Shown one piece after another: positions 17,115-27,905 of a stretch of 55,212 nucleotides of DNA; the first letter of the stretch is position 1, and the number at the start of each line of letters is the position of its first letter. The notes under the pieces were generated by a model. The model saw only the letters and a program-made list of their open reading frames with translations, ran no database searches and had not been told where the DNA came from. The stretch covers positions 1 to 55,212 of IMG/VR virus record IMGVR_UViG_3300030376_003857; one strand, 5' to 3'. This DNA is from a virus (taxonomy: Duplodnaviria > Caudoviricetes). The position numbers and the translations under genes are program-made.

Positions 17115-18569
17115 ATGGCAGTAGAAGCCACACCAACGTACGACTTGCAGCCAAGTGCTCAACAAGTACCAACAGCTACTAACTATATCACAAACTTTGA
17201 CTTCTTGAATCAGTATCTTCCAGATACTTACGAGAAGGAGTTTGAGCGATATGGAAATCGTAGCGTATCATCCTTCCTAAGAATGGTAGGAGCGGAGTTA
17301 CCATCAACCTCAGACCTTATCAAATGGGCTGAGCAAGGTCGACTCCATACAAAATATATCTCAGTAGGAACAGATGCTGATGCGGCAGACGACACAGCTA
17401 CGTTCCAAGTTAACGACACTGGTAACCCAGCGTTTACAGCAAACAACGGTATTGCCGTTCGTGCTGGTCAAACGGTTATGGTTAGTCAGAACGATGGCTC
17501 TGGTTCTAACAAGGCTATTGTGACGTCTGTTGATGTTGCTAACGACCAGTTTACCGTAGCGTTCTACGAGGCAGGTGGTTTAGTAACAGCAGGAACAGGT
17601 GTTGCAAATGCCGACGTGAGTGTATTCATTTACGGTTCTGAATTCAAGAAGGGTACAAACGGAATGCAAGGGTCGCTAGAAGCGGATGACTTTATTTTCG
17701 AGAACTCTCCAATCATCCTTAAGGACAAGTACTCAGTCAATGGCTCAGACATGGCTCAGATGGGATGGGTTGAAGTAACAACAGAGAACGGAGCATCAGG
17801 ATACCTATGGTACTTGAAGTCTGAATCAGAGACCCGCCTTCGATTTGATGACTACTTAGAGACGTCAATGACGGAAGCAGTTCCAGCTGAGGCAGCGTCT
17901 GGTGTGGCAACACAAGCAGCGAACGACCAAGTTGGAGACAAAGGTTCTGAGGGTGTATTCTACACTGTAGAAAACCGAGGGAACGTTTGGGGCGGTGGTC
18001 ACCCTGACACACTTGTTGAGTGGGATACTATTGTTTCTCGACTTGATAAGCAGGGTGCTATTGAGGAGAACGCAATTTTCCTTGACCGAGCATTTAGCTT
18101 TGATGTAGACAACATGTTGGCTACTCTTAACGGTTATGTTTCAGGTGGTTCGTCTAACTCAGCTTCATTCGGATTGTTTGACAATGATGTAGAGATGGCA
18201 CTCACACTTGGTTTCTCAGGATTCCGAAGAGGGTATGACTTCTACAAGACTGATTGGAAGTACTTGAACGACCCGACTATGCGTGGAGACATGGATACAA
18301 CAGCTGGGTCTGGCAAGATTGACGGATTGCTAGTACCAGCAGGGTCTACGACTGTATACGACCAAGTTCTTGGGAAGAACGCTAAGCGTCCATTCCTACA
18401 CGTCCGCTACCGAGCATCTCAGACTGAGAACCGCCGTTACAAGACGTGGATTACTGGTTCTGCTGGAGGAGCAAATAACAGTGACCTTGATGCAATGGAA
18501 GTTAACTTCCTTTCTGAAAGAGCTGTTTGTACTCTTGGAGCGAATAACTTCTTCATCTTCGAAGCATAA
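17115..18569 (+). CDS. Major capsid protein
   Basis: 484 aa after scaffold, followed by a strong hairpin; GFSGFRRGYDFYKTDWKYLND and FLSER..C..GANNF. Confidence 0.85.
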   Translation: MAVEATPTYDLQPSAQQVPTATNYITNFDFLNQYLPDTYEKEFERYGNRSVSSFLRMVGAELPSTSDLIKWAEQGRLHTKYISVGTDADAADDTATFQVNDTGNPAFTANNGIAVRAGQTVMVSQNDGSGSNKAIVTSVDVANDQFTVAFYEAGGLVTAGTGVANADVSVFIYGSEFKKGTNGMQGSLEADDFIFENSPIILKDKYSVNGSDMAQMGWVEVTTENGASGYLWYLKSESETRLRFDDYLETSMTEAVPAEAASGVATQAANDQVGDKGSEGVFYTVENRGNVWGGGHPDTLVEWDTIVSRLDKQGAIEENAIFLDRAFSFDVDNMLATLNGYVSGGSSNSASFGLFDNDVEMALTLGFSGFRRGYDFYKTDWKYLNDPTMRGDMDTTAGSGKIDGLLVPAGSTTVYDQVLGKNAKRPFLHVRYRASQTENRRYKTWITGSAGGANNSDLDAMEVNFLSERAVCTLGANNFFIFEA

Positions 18570-18584
18570 GATAGATGTAACAAT

Positions 18585-18619
18585 AAAAGGGAGTGTCTTC
18601 GAGGACACTCCCTTATTTT
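18585..18619 (+). terminator. Terminator hairpin built around palindrome variant GTGTCTTCGAGGACAC (18593-18608)
   Basis: AAGGGAGTGTC-TTCGAG-GACACTCCCTT followed by ATTTT. Confidence 0.75.
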
Positions 18620-18643
18620 AAATCGTAATAAAATCAAAATAAA

Positions 18644-19396
18644 ATGTCAGGAAAAAAAATTTTTGTAGATAAGTCCTACAAGTTAAAAAGAGATGTTTCT
18701 CCTCTTTCGTACACACTACCAACAAAAAACAAGGCGAGTCATCCATTAATGCATTGGGACTCTGATAAGGGTGAGAATAGAGTTCTTCGTTATGCTAGAA
18801 ACCAGAAGTCTCCTTTTGAAGATGAGCAGGACGGAAACGTAGTCCTTGAGCCAGTTATTTTCATTGATGGATTTCTTCGAGTTCAAAAAGAAAATCAGGT
18901 TCTTCAAGAGTTTCTTCATTACCACCCATATAACGGAGTTAAATTCGTTGAGGTTGACAAGCAGAAGGATGCATCTGAGGAGCTAGAGGCTTTAGACTTA
19001 GAAATCGAGGCTACTAGCAAGGCAAGAAGTCTTGATGTGACACAGCTAGAGAGGGTAGGTCGTGTGTTGTTTGGCAAGAGCGTTAAAGGATTGAGTAGTA
19101 AGGAGCTAAGACGAGATGTAATTATCTTTGCTAAAAAGAACCCGAAGGGACTCTTAGAGGCGTTACAAGACCCAGAGCTTACATACAACGCTAAGGTTCA
19201 GCAGTTCTTCGATGAGGGGTATCTATCATTCAGAAAAAACAATACTGAAATCTGGTTCTACACACCAAACAATAAAAAGAAGATGATGTCATTACCATTT
19301 AATGCTGACCCTAACGTAGAGGTTGCGAAGTATTTAAAGAGTGACGATGGGATTGATGAGCTTAAAATGCTTGAAGGTCTTCTAGAAAGTAAATAA
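18644..19396 (+). CDS. Conserved virion-module protein
   Basis: 250 aa directly after MCP; function not recognised. Confidence 0.75.
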   Translation: MSGKKIFVDKSYKLKRDVSPLSYTLPTKNKASHPLMHWDSDKGENRVLRYARNQKSPFEDEQDGNVVLEPVIFIDGFLRVQKENQVLQEFLHYHPYNGVKFVEVDKQKDASEELEALDLEIEATSKARSLDVTQLERVGRVLFGKSVKGLSSKELRRDVIIFAKKNPKGLLEALQDPELTYNAKVQQFFDEGYLSFRKNNTEIWFYTPNNKKKMMSLPFNADPNVEVAKYLKSDDGIDELKMLEGLLESK

Positions 19397-19415
19397 CTTA
19401 ATTATCACCACAGAG

Positions 19416-19445
19416 AAGAGGGGGGCAATAGCCCCTCTTTTTTTT
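19416..19445 (+). terminator. Rho-independent terminator
   Basis: GAGGGG..GC-AATA-GCCCCTC plus T-run; followed by TATCTTTG box at 19449-19456. Confidence 0.8.
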
Positions 19446-19470
19446 GCTTATCTTTGTTTAAAATATCTCG

Positions 19471-20442
19471 ATGATTAACACAGTAAGGAATACGGTTCTA
19501 TCTGTGCTGAATAAGAATAACTACGGTTACCTTTCTCCGTCAGACTTCAATCTTTTTGCGAAGCAAGCTCAGATGGAGATTTTTGATAGCTATTTTTATG
19601 AGTACAATAATGAGGTGAACAAACAGAACTCTAGGCTTCTACAACCAAGTAGAGGTTCTGGAACTGGTATTGCTAACATACTGAAGGGTATCGAGGAGGC
19701 TGTTGACTTGTTTTCTGTAACGAATGGTTTAAATAACAGCACTAGGAACAAGTACTTCCTACCTTCACCAACAACTACTGGTAGCGATTATTACCTAATC
19801 AACAAAGTTTTAGTATACCAAGACCTTCTTCTAGAAGGAGAGACAACCGCCTTTGACGTTAACGGCAACTTAATCATAGACACTACTCAAGACTTCATCG
19901 CTAGTGGGGTTTCCGTTGGTGACATAGTTGCAGTCGAGAACGGGGGTGTGCAATATGTAGAGGTGGTATCAGTAGACTCAGCAACACAGGTAGAGGTCAC
20001 AGGAGCTTTCTTTAATGCCTCTGGGTTATCTTACTCAATATTCAATACAGAGTCTCTAAAGGAGGCTGAGAGGGTTTCTAATGGAAAGATAACAATGCTA
20101 GTGAATTCTAATCTCACAGCACCAGTCATTTCATACCCCGCATACACAGAAGAGGAGCTTCTACTTACGGCATACCCTTCAGGCATTAACAGTGTAGGAA
20201 GAGTTTTAGCTCAGTACTACAGATATCCAAAAGACCCTAAATGGACATTTGTTTCGTTAACAAACGGAGAGCCAGTATTTGACCAGTCACAAGCAGACTA
20301 CCAAGATTTTGAGATACCTCTTGACGAAGAGGTGAACCTAATAATAAAGATTTGTGGGTACGCTGGCGTAATGATACGTGAGGCTGACGTGTATAAGTTT
20401 TCGACTATAGAGGAAAATAATGATAATCAACAGACATCATAA
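19471..20442 (+). CDS. Tail ring/adaptor (tubular) protein
   Basis: LNKNNYGYLSPSDFNLFAKQAQ and YYRYPKDPKW resemble ring proteins of crAss-like podoviruses. Confidence 0.6.
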   Translation: MINTVRNTVLSVLNKNNYGYLSPSDFNLFAKQAQMEIFDSYFYEYNNEVNKQNSRLLQPSRGSGTGIANILKGIEEAVDLFSVTNGLNNSTRNKYFLPSPTTTGSDYYLINKVLVYQDLLLEGETTAFDVNGNLIIDTTQDFIASGVSVGDIVAVENGGVQYVEVVSVDSATQVEVTGAFFNASGLSYSIFNTESLKEAERVSNGKITMLVNSNLTAPVISYPAYTEEELLLTAYPSGINSVGRVLAQYYRYPKDPKWTFVSLTNGEPVFDQSQADYQDFEIPLDEEVNLIIKICGYAGVMIREADVYKFSTIEENNDNQQTS

Positions 20443-21353
20443 TGGCGTATCTAACTCAGTATAACTATTACGAAAATAACGGTCAGAACCCTGAGAGTGA
20501 AAATTGGGGGTCTTATCAGTATGTGCCGTTGGACGATATCGTAAACAACTTCATGTTGATGAACATGGGTAACAACAATCTCATCAACAACGAGGAGAGG
20601 TATCGAGTTAGATTTCATGCAAAGAGAGCTATACAAGAGCTAAACTATGACGCATTCAAAGAAACGAAAGTTCTTCAGCTTACTTTGGATGACACCATAA
20701 GGTTTGTTCTTCCATCGGACTACGTGAACTGGATTAGAATTTCTGAGTACAGGAACGGTATTTTGTATCCGTTATCTGAGAATATTCAAACAAACTACGC
20801 AAACGCTTACCTTCAGGACAATAATGCTAGGATACTATTTGATGAGAATGGTGAGGCACTCAGTCCAGAGTTCTCAAACATAGACCTTGATAGGATTGAT
20901 GGTAGCGCAAAGAGTTTGTATCTTAATGACGGTCATCAGTTTGATGGGATGTACGGGTACTTAATTGATAACACTTGGTACTTTGACACACCGTTCGGTC
21001 TAAACACAGAGACAGCAAACGCCAACCCTACGTTTAAGATAGATAAAAAGTCAGGTGTTATAAACTTCAGCTCAGCTAGGAGTGGTAGCTCTATGGTAGT
21101 TGAGTATGTTTCAGACGGAATGGAAAACGGTGACGACTCAAAGGTGTCCGTAAATAAGATGTTCGAGGACTATGTTTACGCAAGTATTGAGTACGAGATT
21201 CTAGACAGAATGGCTGGTGTTCAAGAGTATGTCGTTAGACGAGCCCAAAAGAAACGCAGAGCACTATTGATGAATGCTAAAATAAGAATTTCAAACATAC
21301 ACGCTGGCAGGTTGCTTATGAACATGCGAGGGCAAGACAAGTGGATTAAGTAA
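20442..21353 (+). CDS. Tail ring/tubular protein
   Basis: LPSDYVNWIRI motif; position before the large tail protein. Confidence 0.6.
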   Translation: MAYLTQYNYYENNGQNPESENWGSYQYVPLDDIVNNFMLMNMGNNNLINNEERYRVRFHAKRAIQELNYDAFKETKVLQLTLDDTIRFVLPSDYVNWIRISEYRNGILYPLSENIQTNYANAYLQDNNARILFDENGEALSPEFSNIDLDRIDGSAKSLYLNDGHQFDGMYGYLIDNTWYFDTPFGLNTETANANPTFKIDKKSGVINFSSARSGSSMVVEYVSDGMENGDDSKVSVNKMFEDYVYASIEYEILDRMAGVQEYVVRRAQKKRRALLMNAKIRISNIHAGRLLMNMRGQDKWIK

Positions 21354-21354
21354 T

Positions 21355-24300
21355 ATGGCAAAGATTACACGTAATTTCACAAAAGGAAAAATGAACAAGG
21401 AGCTTGACGAGCGAATTGTTCCTAATGGTGAGTACATTGATGCTTTGAATATACGGATGGGCTCTACGGAGGATGATGACGCTGGCGTAGTCGAGAACGC
21501 TAAGGGTAACGTTCAGCTTACATCCATTCAGTATGAAGGAAATCAACTAAGCGACGACGCATTATGCATAGGTGCATTTGAGGACGGTGCTAGAGAGACA
21601 ATATATTGGATGATTCACGACCCATCATTTAATTCTTCTCCAACAGGCAAGATAGACCTTATTGTGTCGTACAATACGGTTAGTTCAACAATAATATATC
21701 ACATAATAAGTGTTGATGATGGCGGTGGGGTTGACACCACGTTAAACTTTAATCCGCAGTACCTAGTCAATGGCATCAACATGGTAGAGAATCTACTGTT
21801 TTTTACAGATGCATTTAATCAACCTAGACGAATTGATGTAGAACACACTTACGGAGCACCATTGGCTTCGGGTGATGGGTTTACAGCAGAGGAAATTTTA
21901 GTCATTAGGAAGCCACCTAACACATCCCCGACGGTTGAGCTGTCTCAAACAGGACAAGACCAAGACTTTATATCTGAAAGATTTATCTGCTTTGGGTATA
22001 GATGGAAATACGCAAACAACGAATACTCGGCTACATCTCAGTTCTCAACACCTGCCTTCATACCGTCGACATTTAATTTCAGTAATGAGAACTTCTTAAA
22101 CGAAGGGATGGTTAACCTATTCAACACGGCTGAAGTAACCGTAAATACTGGCAGCAGTCTAGTCGTTGGCATAGACCTGTTGTTTAAAGAGGCTAACAAC
22201 TCTATAATCAGAATAATAGAGAGACTGGACAAGGATGTTTTAGGTATTCCAGATAACTCAGATTACACGTTCTCATTTACAAACAGTAAGATAGCTACAA
22301 TCCTTCCAGACTCTGAGATATTAAGACTTTATGACAACGTGCCAAGAACAGCCGTTGCTCAGACATTAATGGGGAATAGGATACATTATAGCAATTACAC
22401 AGAAGGGTACAACTTGACAGATGCAAGCGGGAACGAAACACGCATAACATATATTGCTAGTTTGGTATCATCTGAGATTCAAGCATTATCAATACCTAGT
22501 TCAACCTCTACTGGAGACTACACTTTCGGAGGGGCTGTGTCTGTTTTTAATTCGGTATCTACATTTGATTTAGACGGTGCTGAATTAAAGGAGGGTAGTA
22601 TAATTTCTTTTCAGTTTACATTTTCAAACACAACTGCTTTTACACTAGACCCTGCACTGACTCCTAATCCATCACCAGCAGTAGTTAGTAGTTTCGTTAG
22701 AACCTTTACTTTCACTCTCCCCCAAGACTATAGTTCTGTTTATGACTTATCAATAAGCCAACAGTTTTTAGACGCTGTAGGAACGAGCTCAAACATACTG
22801 CCAGTTTATGACGCAATAAATCCAACGTCTTGCGAAGGTAACACATTCACAGACACTTTTAATTGTGCGTTTCAGGAAAATCTAGGTGTTTATACAAAGT
22901 ATGAGTCAGGTATAGATTCAGGTCAAGAACCTATAAAGATAGTGTCAAGCATTGGAGACACAGAGATTAGCTTTCAGTTCCCTGCGATGAGATGGGTTGA
23001 TGATGTTGCTTCACCTGCGTTTAATGTCTATTCATACATGTCGGTAACAGATGTAGACTGTATTTTTACGACCCCTTCATCAGTACGAAGCCTTCACAGT
23101 AACAGGGGGTACGAGTTAAGCATAGTGTATATGGATGAGTTTAAAAGAGCCAGCACTGATTTAGTGAGCCCTTCGAACACGATATACGTACCATGCGAGA
23201 ATAGCAACCTAAAAAACCAAGCTAGAATAACAATACCCTCTACTCAAAGAGCCCCTTCTTGGGCTAAAACATATAGGTTTGGAATAAAACCAGACAGGGA
23301 AGGGTATCAGACAATAATGTCTAATACGTTCGTTAAAAGCGTTGACGGTAATGATGTGTACTTCCTTCTTCAAGGTGAGAACGCTGCTAAGGTTGAAGTC
23401 GGAGATAGGCTTATAGTAAAGAGGGATAGTGATGGAAGAATAGGTTCTTGCGTAACAGTTACAGTGCTAGAGAAGGAAGCACAGGAGGCTGGGTTCTTAT
23501 CTAGTGAAGTTCCTGAAGGTGTTTACATGAAGGTTAAAACTGAATCACTAAACCTAATTGATTTTGAGCAAGGAGTGGTTGACTACTCTTTATACTACAA
23601 TGTTAGTACTCCAACCACTTCTAATACTATCCCGTATATTAACTACCCTCAAATTGTTCAACCGATGAATTACACGGCTGGTTTAGGGACTGATTATACA
23701 GTGCCAGCTGGGGCAAAAATTGATTTTGAAATAAGATTTAAGAGAGGTGGATACCCTGAGGGAAGCCCTTACAACATTGACTACTTGATAAAAAAGTCTC
23801 TCACGTCTACATCCGATTATGACAATATGTATGATTGGTTTATTGGTGATAACGTAGAAATCCAAATGGGACAGGGTGTTGACCTGACTAACGGTTTAGG
23901 AACTACACCTAATATTGTTTTTGACCCAGTCTTAACTTCAGACTATGCTACAGGGCCGATATTAAACGAAGTACCGATGGATTGGGCAATGATGCAGTTT
24001 ACTAGAATTGGTGATGGTGACGGTAAATTATATTTGTTGATAAGAGGGGTTAAGGGATACGATTATCCAAATAAATCTACCGTATCATCCAAGTTCACTA
24101 TAACTAGATACGATAGCACTGTTGTTTTTGAAACAGAACCACAGGACTCAGTACCTGACTTGTTCTATGAATCAGACGAATGTTTTGAAATTGATTCTAA
24201 CGGTCAGCACATGGGAAATGTTCAAGACCAGAACATCGGTCTTGGTCAGTCAGCGATAATTGACACCAGCTTCTTTAACTGCTTTGCTTTCGGTAACGGA

Positions 24301-25758
24301 GTTGAAAGCTACAAGGTTCGTGACTCTGTAGCTGGTAAGATGTTTAATTTAGGAAACAGGGCAACTCAAACTACTAGCAAGGAATATAGAGAAATCCACA
24401 GGTTTGCTGACATAACTTACAGTGGTGTGTACAACCAAGAGTCGAACGTAAACAAGCTAAATGAGTTCAACCTTGGTCTCCTAAACTTCAAGCCACTTGA
24501 GCAGTCATTTGGTGCTACTCAAGTTCTTGAGGGAAGAAAGACCGATATACTAGTTCTTCAAGAGGACAAGATATCGTATGTGTTAGCTGGAAAGAATCTA
24601 CTTTCGGATTCTTCTGGAGGCGGAACTCTTACGTCAGTGCCTGAGGTTCTTGGTCAGCAGATTTCAAGAGAGGAGGAGTACGGGATTTCGGAGAACCCTG
24701 AAAGCTTTGTTAAGTGGGGTGAGTTTTACTTCTTCACAGACATGAAGAGAGGGGCGGTGATTAAACTAACTGGTGACGGTAGAGGTCAATCATTAGATTT
24801 AATTTCAGACACTGGCATGAAGACGTGGTTTAGAAACCTAGCCATAGACTCATTCAACACTCAGAAACTTGGTGGTTATGACCCATACACAAACGAGTAC
24901 GTCCTGTCATCAAACGATAATGAACTGCCAGTTAATCAGGTTAATCTTGACTGCGGGTCTGTTCAGACATACTTCATAGAGGCTGGCTCTACTTTTACGT
25001 ACACCGTAAACATCGGGGATGCTACAGGCGACGTTGATATTGACTACAACTTTATTGTAGGCGACTCTGTTCAGATAACAGCGGTATGGGATGGTAATAC
25101 GTATCAGACTGGTATAGCTACAGAGTCTGGAACTCTTTCATTTATTAAGAACTCAGTTAAACCTAATACTGTTGAGGTGAGCATATTTGCTCAAGAGGAC
25201 ACAACGATTGAGGTTATTGTTGGATGTCCTTTAGGGTTACCGCTTAGTGTCATTGAGGTTTGTTTGACAAACTTAGATGATGCTGGAAAGCTAATACATA
25301 ACGAGTTCATGTTTACTGATGGTGGTATCAACTCGCCTACACAATCTAATCAAATACAATTTGATGATGAACCACTGAATCCTATTGTTTCTCAGTACCA
25401 AGTAACAAATGGATTTATGGGTGAGGGTGTTATACCTACATATGGGGCTACCGTTAGGGTTTTCTCGAACAAGATAGCAAACGACAACTACGACTTCCAT
25501 CCATCAGATAACTTGAGGTGGCATTGGAATAACACTCTTTACGAGAACAACCAAGCCGACATTAGTGCTTTGTTAGCTGCTTCTACCGACATAACGCCTA
25601 TCGTGAATGACGGGGACGCAAATTATGGAGACTTCACTGTACCAAACACAAGTGCTTCGTATCTTTACATTATATACGACTACAGGAGAAAGAACACAGT
25701 TACTAACCTTTGCTATAACGCAACAGATGCTGATGATGCATGTTGCAGATGCCTTTAA
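21355..25758 (+). CDS. Tail stabilisation/muzzle protein, N-terminal part
   Basis: MNKELDERIVPNGEYIDALNI N-terminus; YGISENPESF...FFTDMKRGAVIKL; GGYDPYTNEYVLS. Confidence 0.75.
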   Translation: MAKITRNFTKGKMNKELDERIVPNGEYIDALNIRMGSTEDDDAGVVENAKGNVQLTSIQYEGNQLSDDALCIGAFEDGARETIYWMIHDPSFNSSPTGKIDLIVSYNTVSSTIIYHIISVDDGGGVDTTLNFNPQYLVNGINMVENLLFFTDAFNQPRRIDVEHTYGAPLASGDGFTAEEILVIRKPPNTSPTVELSQTGQDQDFISERFICFGYRWKYANNEYSATSQFSTPAFIPSTFNFSNENFLNEGMVNLFNTAEVTVNTGSSLVVGIDLLFKEANNSIIRIIERLDKDVLGIPDNSDYTFSFTNSKIATILPDSEILRLYDNVPRTAVAQTLMGNRIHYSNYTEGYNLTDASGNETRITYIASLVSSEIQALSIPSSTSTGDYTFGGAVSVFNSVSTFDLDGAELKEGSIISFQFTFSNTTAFTLDPALTPNPSPAVVSSFVRTFTFTLPQDYSSVYDLSISQQFLDAVGTSSNILPVYDAINPTSCEGNTFTDTFNCAFQENLGVYTKYESGIDSGQEPIKIVSSIGDTEISFQFPAMRWVDDVASPAFNVYSYMSVTDVDCIFTTPSSVRSLHSNRGYELSIVYMDEFKRASTDLVSPSNTIYVPCENSNLKNQARITIPSTQRAPSWAKTYRFGIKPDREGYQTIMSNTFVKSVDGNDVYFLLQGENAAKVEVGDRLIVKRDSDGRIGSCVTVTVLEKEAQEAGFLSSEVPEGVYMKVKTESLNLIDFEQGVVDYSLYYNVSTPTTSNTIPYINYPQIVQPMNYTAGLGTDYTVPAGAKIDFEIRFKRGGYPEGSPYNIDYLIKKSLTSTSDYDNMYDWFIGDNVEIQMGQGVDLTNGLGTTPNIVFDPVLTSDYATGPILNEVPMDWAMMQFTRIGDGDGKLYLLIRGVKGYDYPNKSTVSSKFTITRYDSTVVFETEPQDSVPDLFYESDECFEIDSNGQHMGNVQDQNIGLGQSAIIDTSFFNCFAFGNGVESYKVRDSVAGKMFNLGNRATQTTSKEYREIHRFADITYSGVYNQESNVNKLNEFNLGLLNFKPLEQSFGATQVLEGRKTDILVLQEDKISYVLAGKNLLSDSSGGGTLTSVPEVLGQQISREEEYGISENPESFVKWGEFYFFTDMKRGAVIKLTGDGRGQSLDLISDTGMKTWFRNLAIDSFNTQKLGGYDPYTNEYVLSSNDNELPVNQVNLDCGSVQTYFIEAGSTFTYTVNIGDATGDVDIDYNFIVGDSVQITAVWDGNTYQTGIATESGTLSFIKNSVKPNTVEVSIFAQEDTTIEVIVGCPLGLPLSVIEVCLTNLDDAGKLIHNEFMFTDGGINSPTQSNQIQFDDEPLNPIVSQYQVTNGFMGEGVIPTYGATVRVFSNKIANDNYDFHPSDNLRWHWNNTLYENNQADISALLAASTDITPIVNDGDANYGDFTVPNTSASYLYIIYDYRRKNTVTNLCYNATDADDACCRCL

Positions 25759-25768
25759 AATAAAATAG

Positions 25769-26677
25769 ATGCCTACATTTTTCTTAAACGGCTCATCATT
25801 AGCTACGTCAACAGCCGTATTTGACGACTCAGACTTGACTACCTGTTCAGCGGACGGTTGGTATGCTGCTGATGGAATAGTTCGTCAGCAGGTGGGATGC
25901 GTATTGATGCCATCTTCAGCCTGCCCGATATGTATTAACGTATGTCCAGTGCCTAGGTTTTCATTTTCAGACAAGGGTAGAGGGTATTACGAGATTGAAG
26001 TTAACGCTGGAACTGCAATTGGAGCTATAACAATAGAGCTAAACCCTGAAAACATTCCTAAAGGTATGCGGGTTCTGTATGATGGCGTGTACTACAATAA
26101 GTTTTCATCATCCGCATATGGTCTTCTTGAGAGCGGAACGGCAGGAAACTTCACTATAATGGGTAAAACAGCGTCAACATGCTCTAACATGGCAGAGCCA
26201 ACTGGTCACATGCTCGACAAGTACCTATTTAGCGGTAGTTCTTTTGTTGACTCAGGCGTCAACCAGAGTGTAATATTAGACCCAAGTGATGTTCAAACAA
26301 CTGTTGACAATCCGTCTACATGTCATATCGTAATACCTAAAACGTCTGCGTCGCCATCAAACATCGTTATACAAATAGCAGTACCTTGCAACGAGGATAA
26401 ACAAGATTTTTCTTTTTTAGCAGGGTGTCCAACTAAGCTAACAGGATTCTCAGGGACGAAACCACAGTCAACAGCTTTGATTGCTTGCGCTGATTCACAA
26501 ACAGAAACCTACTACATCGTGAAGGTTAATGGGGTCAGTTCACTTCCTGAAGTACACGATTTAATATTTACGGACGAAGATGGGTTGAATTATGTTTCAG
26601 ACGGATATATAAACTTTGGCGTCAATAGGGTTTCTCAAATACAGGACGGTGTAATTATATCAGAGGGTAGTTGTTAA
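25769..26677 (+). CDS. Cys-rich putative tail appendage protein
   Basis: beta-rich, several Cys, ADGWY/SDGY motifs; between the two stabilisation-protein parts. Confidence 0.6.
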   Translation: MPTFFLNGSSLATSTAVFDDSDLTTCSADGWYAADGIVRQQVGCVLMPSSACPICINVCPVPRFSFSDKGRGYYEIEVNAGTAIGAITIELNPENIPKGMRVLYDGVYYNKFSSSAYGLLESGTAGNFTIMGKTASTCSNMAEPTGHMLDKYLFSGSSFVDSGVNQSVILDPSDVQTTVDNPSTCHIVIPKTSASPSNIVIQIAVPCNEDKQDFSFLAGCPTKLTGFSGTKPQSTALIACADSQTETYYIVKVNGVSSLPEVHDLIFTDEDGLNYVSDGYINFGVNRVSQIQDGVIISEGSC

Positions 26678-26686
26678 AAAAAGGAA

Positions 26687-27472
26687 ATGGCTGAATACAC
26701 ACTTACATACGAAGATAAAAAAGTAAAGGGATGGACTAGCTTTTATTCCTTCACCCCTGACTTTATGATTGGCATGAATAACTACTTCTACACTTTTAAG
26801 GGTGGGGATTTATTTAGGCATAACGTCAATGATTTAAGAAATAATTTCTACGGTGTTCAGTACGGTAGCAATTTGACAAGCGTGTTCAACGACAACCCAA
26901 TTGACAATAAGTTGTTTAAAACAATAGCAATACAGGGAACTGATGCTTGGTCACTCACAATGACGTCTGATGTTCAAACATCAGGAACTATTGATGAGTC
27001 TTGGTTTGAGAAGAAAGAGCAGGTTTGGTTTGCGTTTATGAGGAATAGCGGAGAAACTCCAGCTGGGGATGATGAGTATGTTCTTAGGTCTGTGAATGGT
27101 ATATCAACAAGCAGCACTGTAGATACAACAGACCCCGCATCTGTTCTGATAAACTTTAATACATCTGTTCAGGTTGGTGGTATAATTAGCGTTGGTGACA
27201 ATCTATACTTCGGATTCCCAACACCTACCTACTGCGGTCAGGTGACAGCCATTAACATCAACCTTCCAAATGATTTAAATCAACTAGTTGTTGATACCAC
27301 CGCTGGAAATTTACCTACGTCTGGAACTGAGTACTTCTTCTACATAAAGAGCGCAATCGCTGAGTCACATGGTATACTTGGTCACTACGGAAGGTTTGTT
27401 ATAACCAACTCAAGCACAGAGCAGGTTGAGTTATTCGCTGTTCAGTCAGATGTGATGAAGTCCTTCCCTTGA
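26687..27472 (+). CDS. Tail stabilisation/muzzle protein, C-terminal part as a separate gene
   Basis: TLTY...KGWTSFYSFTP...NNYFYTFKGG.LFRHN, KLFKTI and EKKE motifs. Confidence 0.6.
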   Translation: MAEYTLTYEDKKVKGWTSFYSFTPDFMIGMNNYFYTFKGGDLFRHNVNDLRNNFYGVQYGSNLTSVFNDNPIDNKLFKTIAIQGTDAWSLTMTSDVQTSGTIDESWFEKKEQVWFAFMRNSGETPAGDDEYVLRSVNGISTSSTVDTTDPASVLINFNTSVQVGGIISVGDNLYFGFPTPTYCGQVTAININLPNDLNQLVVDTTAGNLPTSGTEYFFYIKSAIAESHGILGHYGRFVITNSSTEQVELFAVQSDVMKSFP

Positions 27473-27493
27473 TTTTAGTATCTTTGTACACGT

Positions 27494-27904
27494 ATGGAAT
27501 TAAACATAAGACCTCTTAATAGTTGTGATTATAGTGAAACATTAGTTGGTTGGTGGAAGGATTGGTCTTGGGAAGCTCCTAAGAGGGACTTCCTTCCAGA
27601 TGACGGGACTGGTGGGTTTATTGTTTACGACGGTGACACTCCAGTTTGTGCGGGTTTTATATACGTAACAAACTCAAAGGTTGCTTGGGCTGATTGGATT
27701 ATATCAAACAAGTCATACACCGACAAGAAGGGGAGAGAGCATTCTCTTAAACTATTGTTGCTATCATTGACTAATGCTTGTAAGTTGAGTGGGTGCAAAT
27801 TTGTTTATGCCTTGATTAAAAATGATAGCTTGATTTCAAAATATGAAGACCTAGGGTACGTTAAGGGTGACTCGTATCAAACCGAAATGATTAAAAAACT
27901 ATAA
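27494..27904 (+). CDS. GNAT-fold acetyltransferase-like protein
   Basis: PVCAGFIY...KYEDLGY; TATCTTTG box at 27479-27486; precedes internal virion genes. Confidence 0.6.
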   Translation: MELNIRPLNSCDYSETLVGWWKDWSWEAPKRDFLPDDGTGGFIVYDGDTPVCAGFIYVTNSKVAWADWIISNKSYTDKKGREHSLKLLLLSLTNACKLSGCKFVYALIKNDSLISKYEDLGYVKGDSYQTEMIKKL

Positions 27905-27905
27905 A

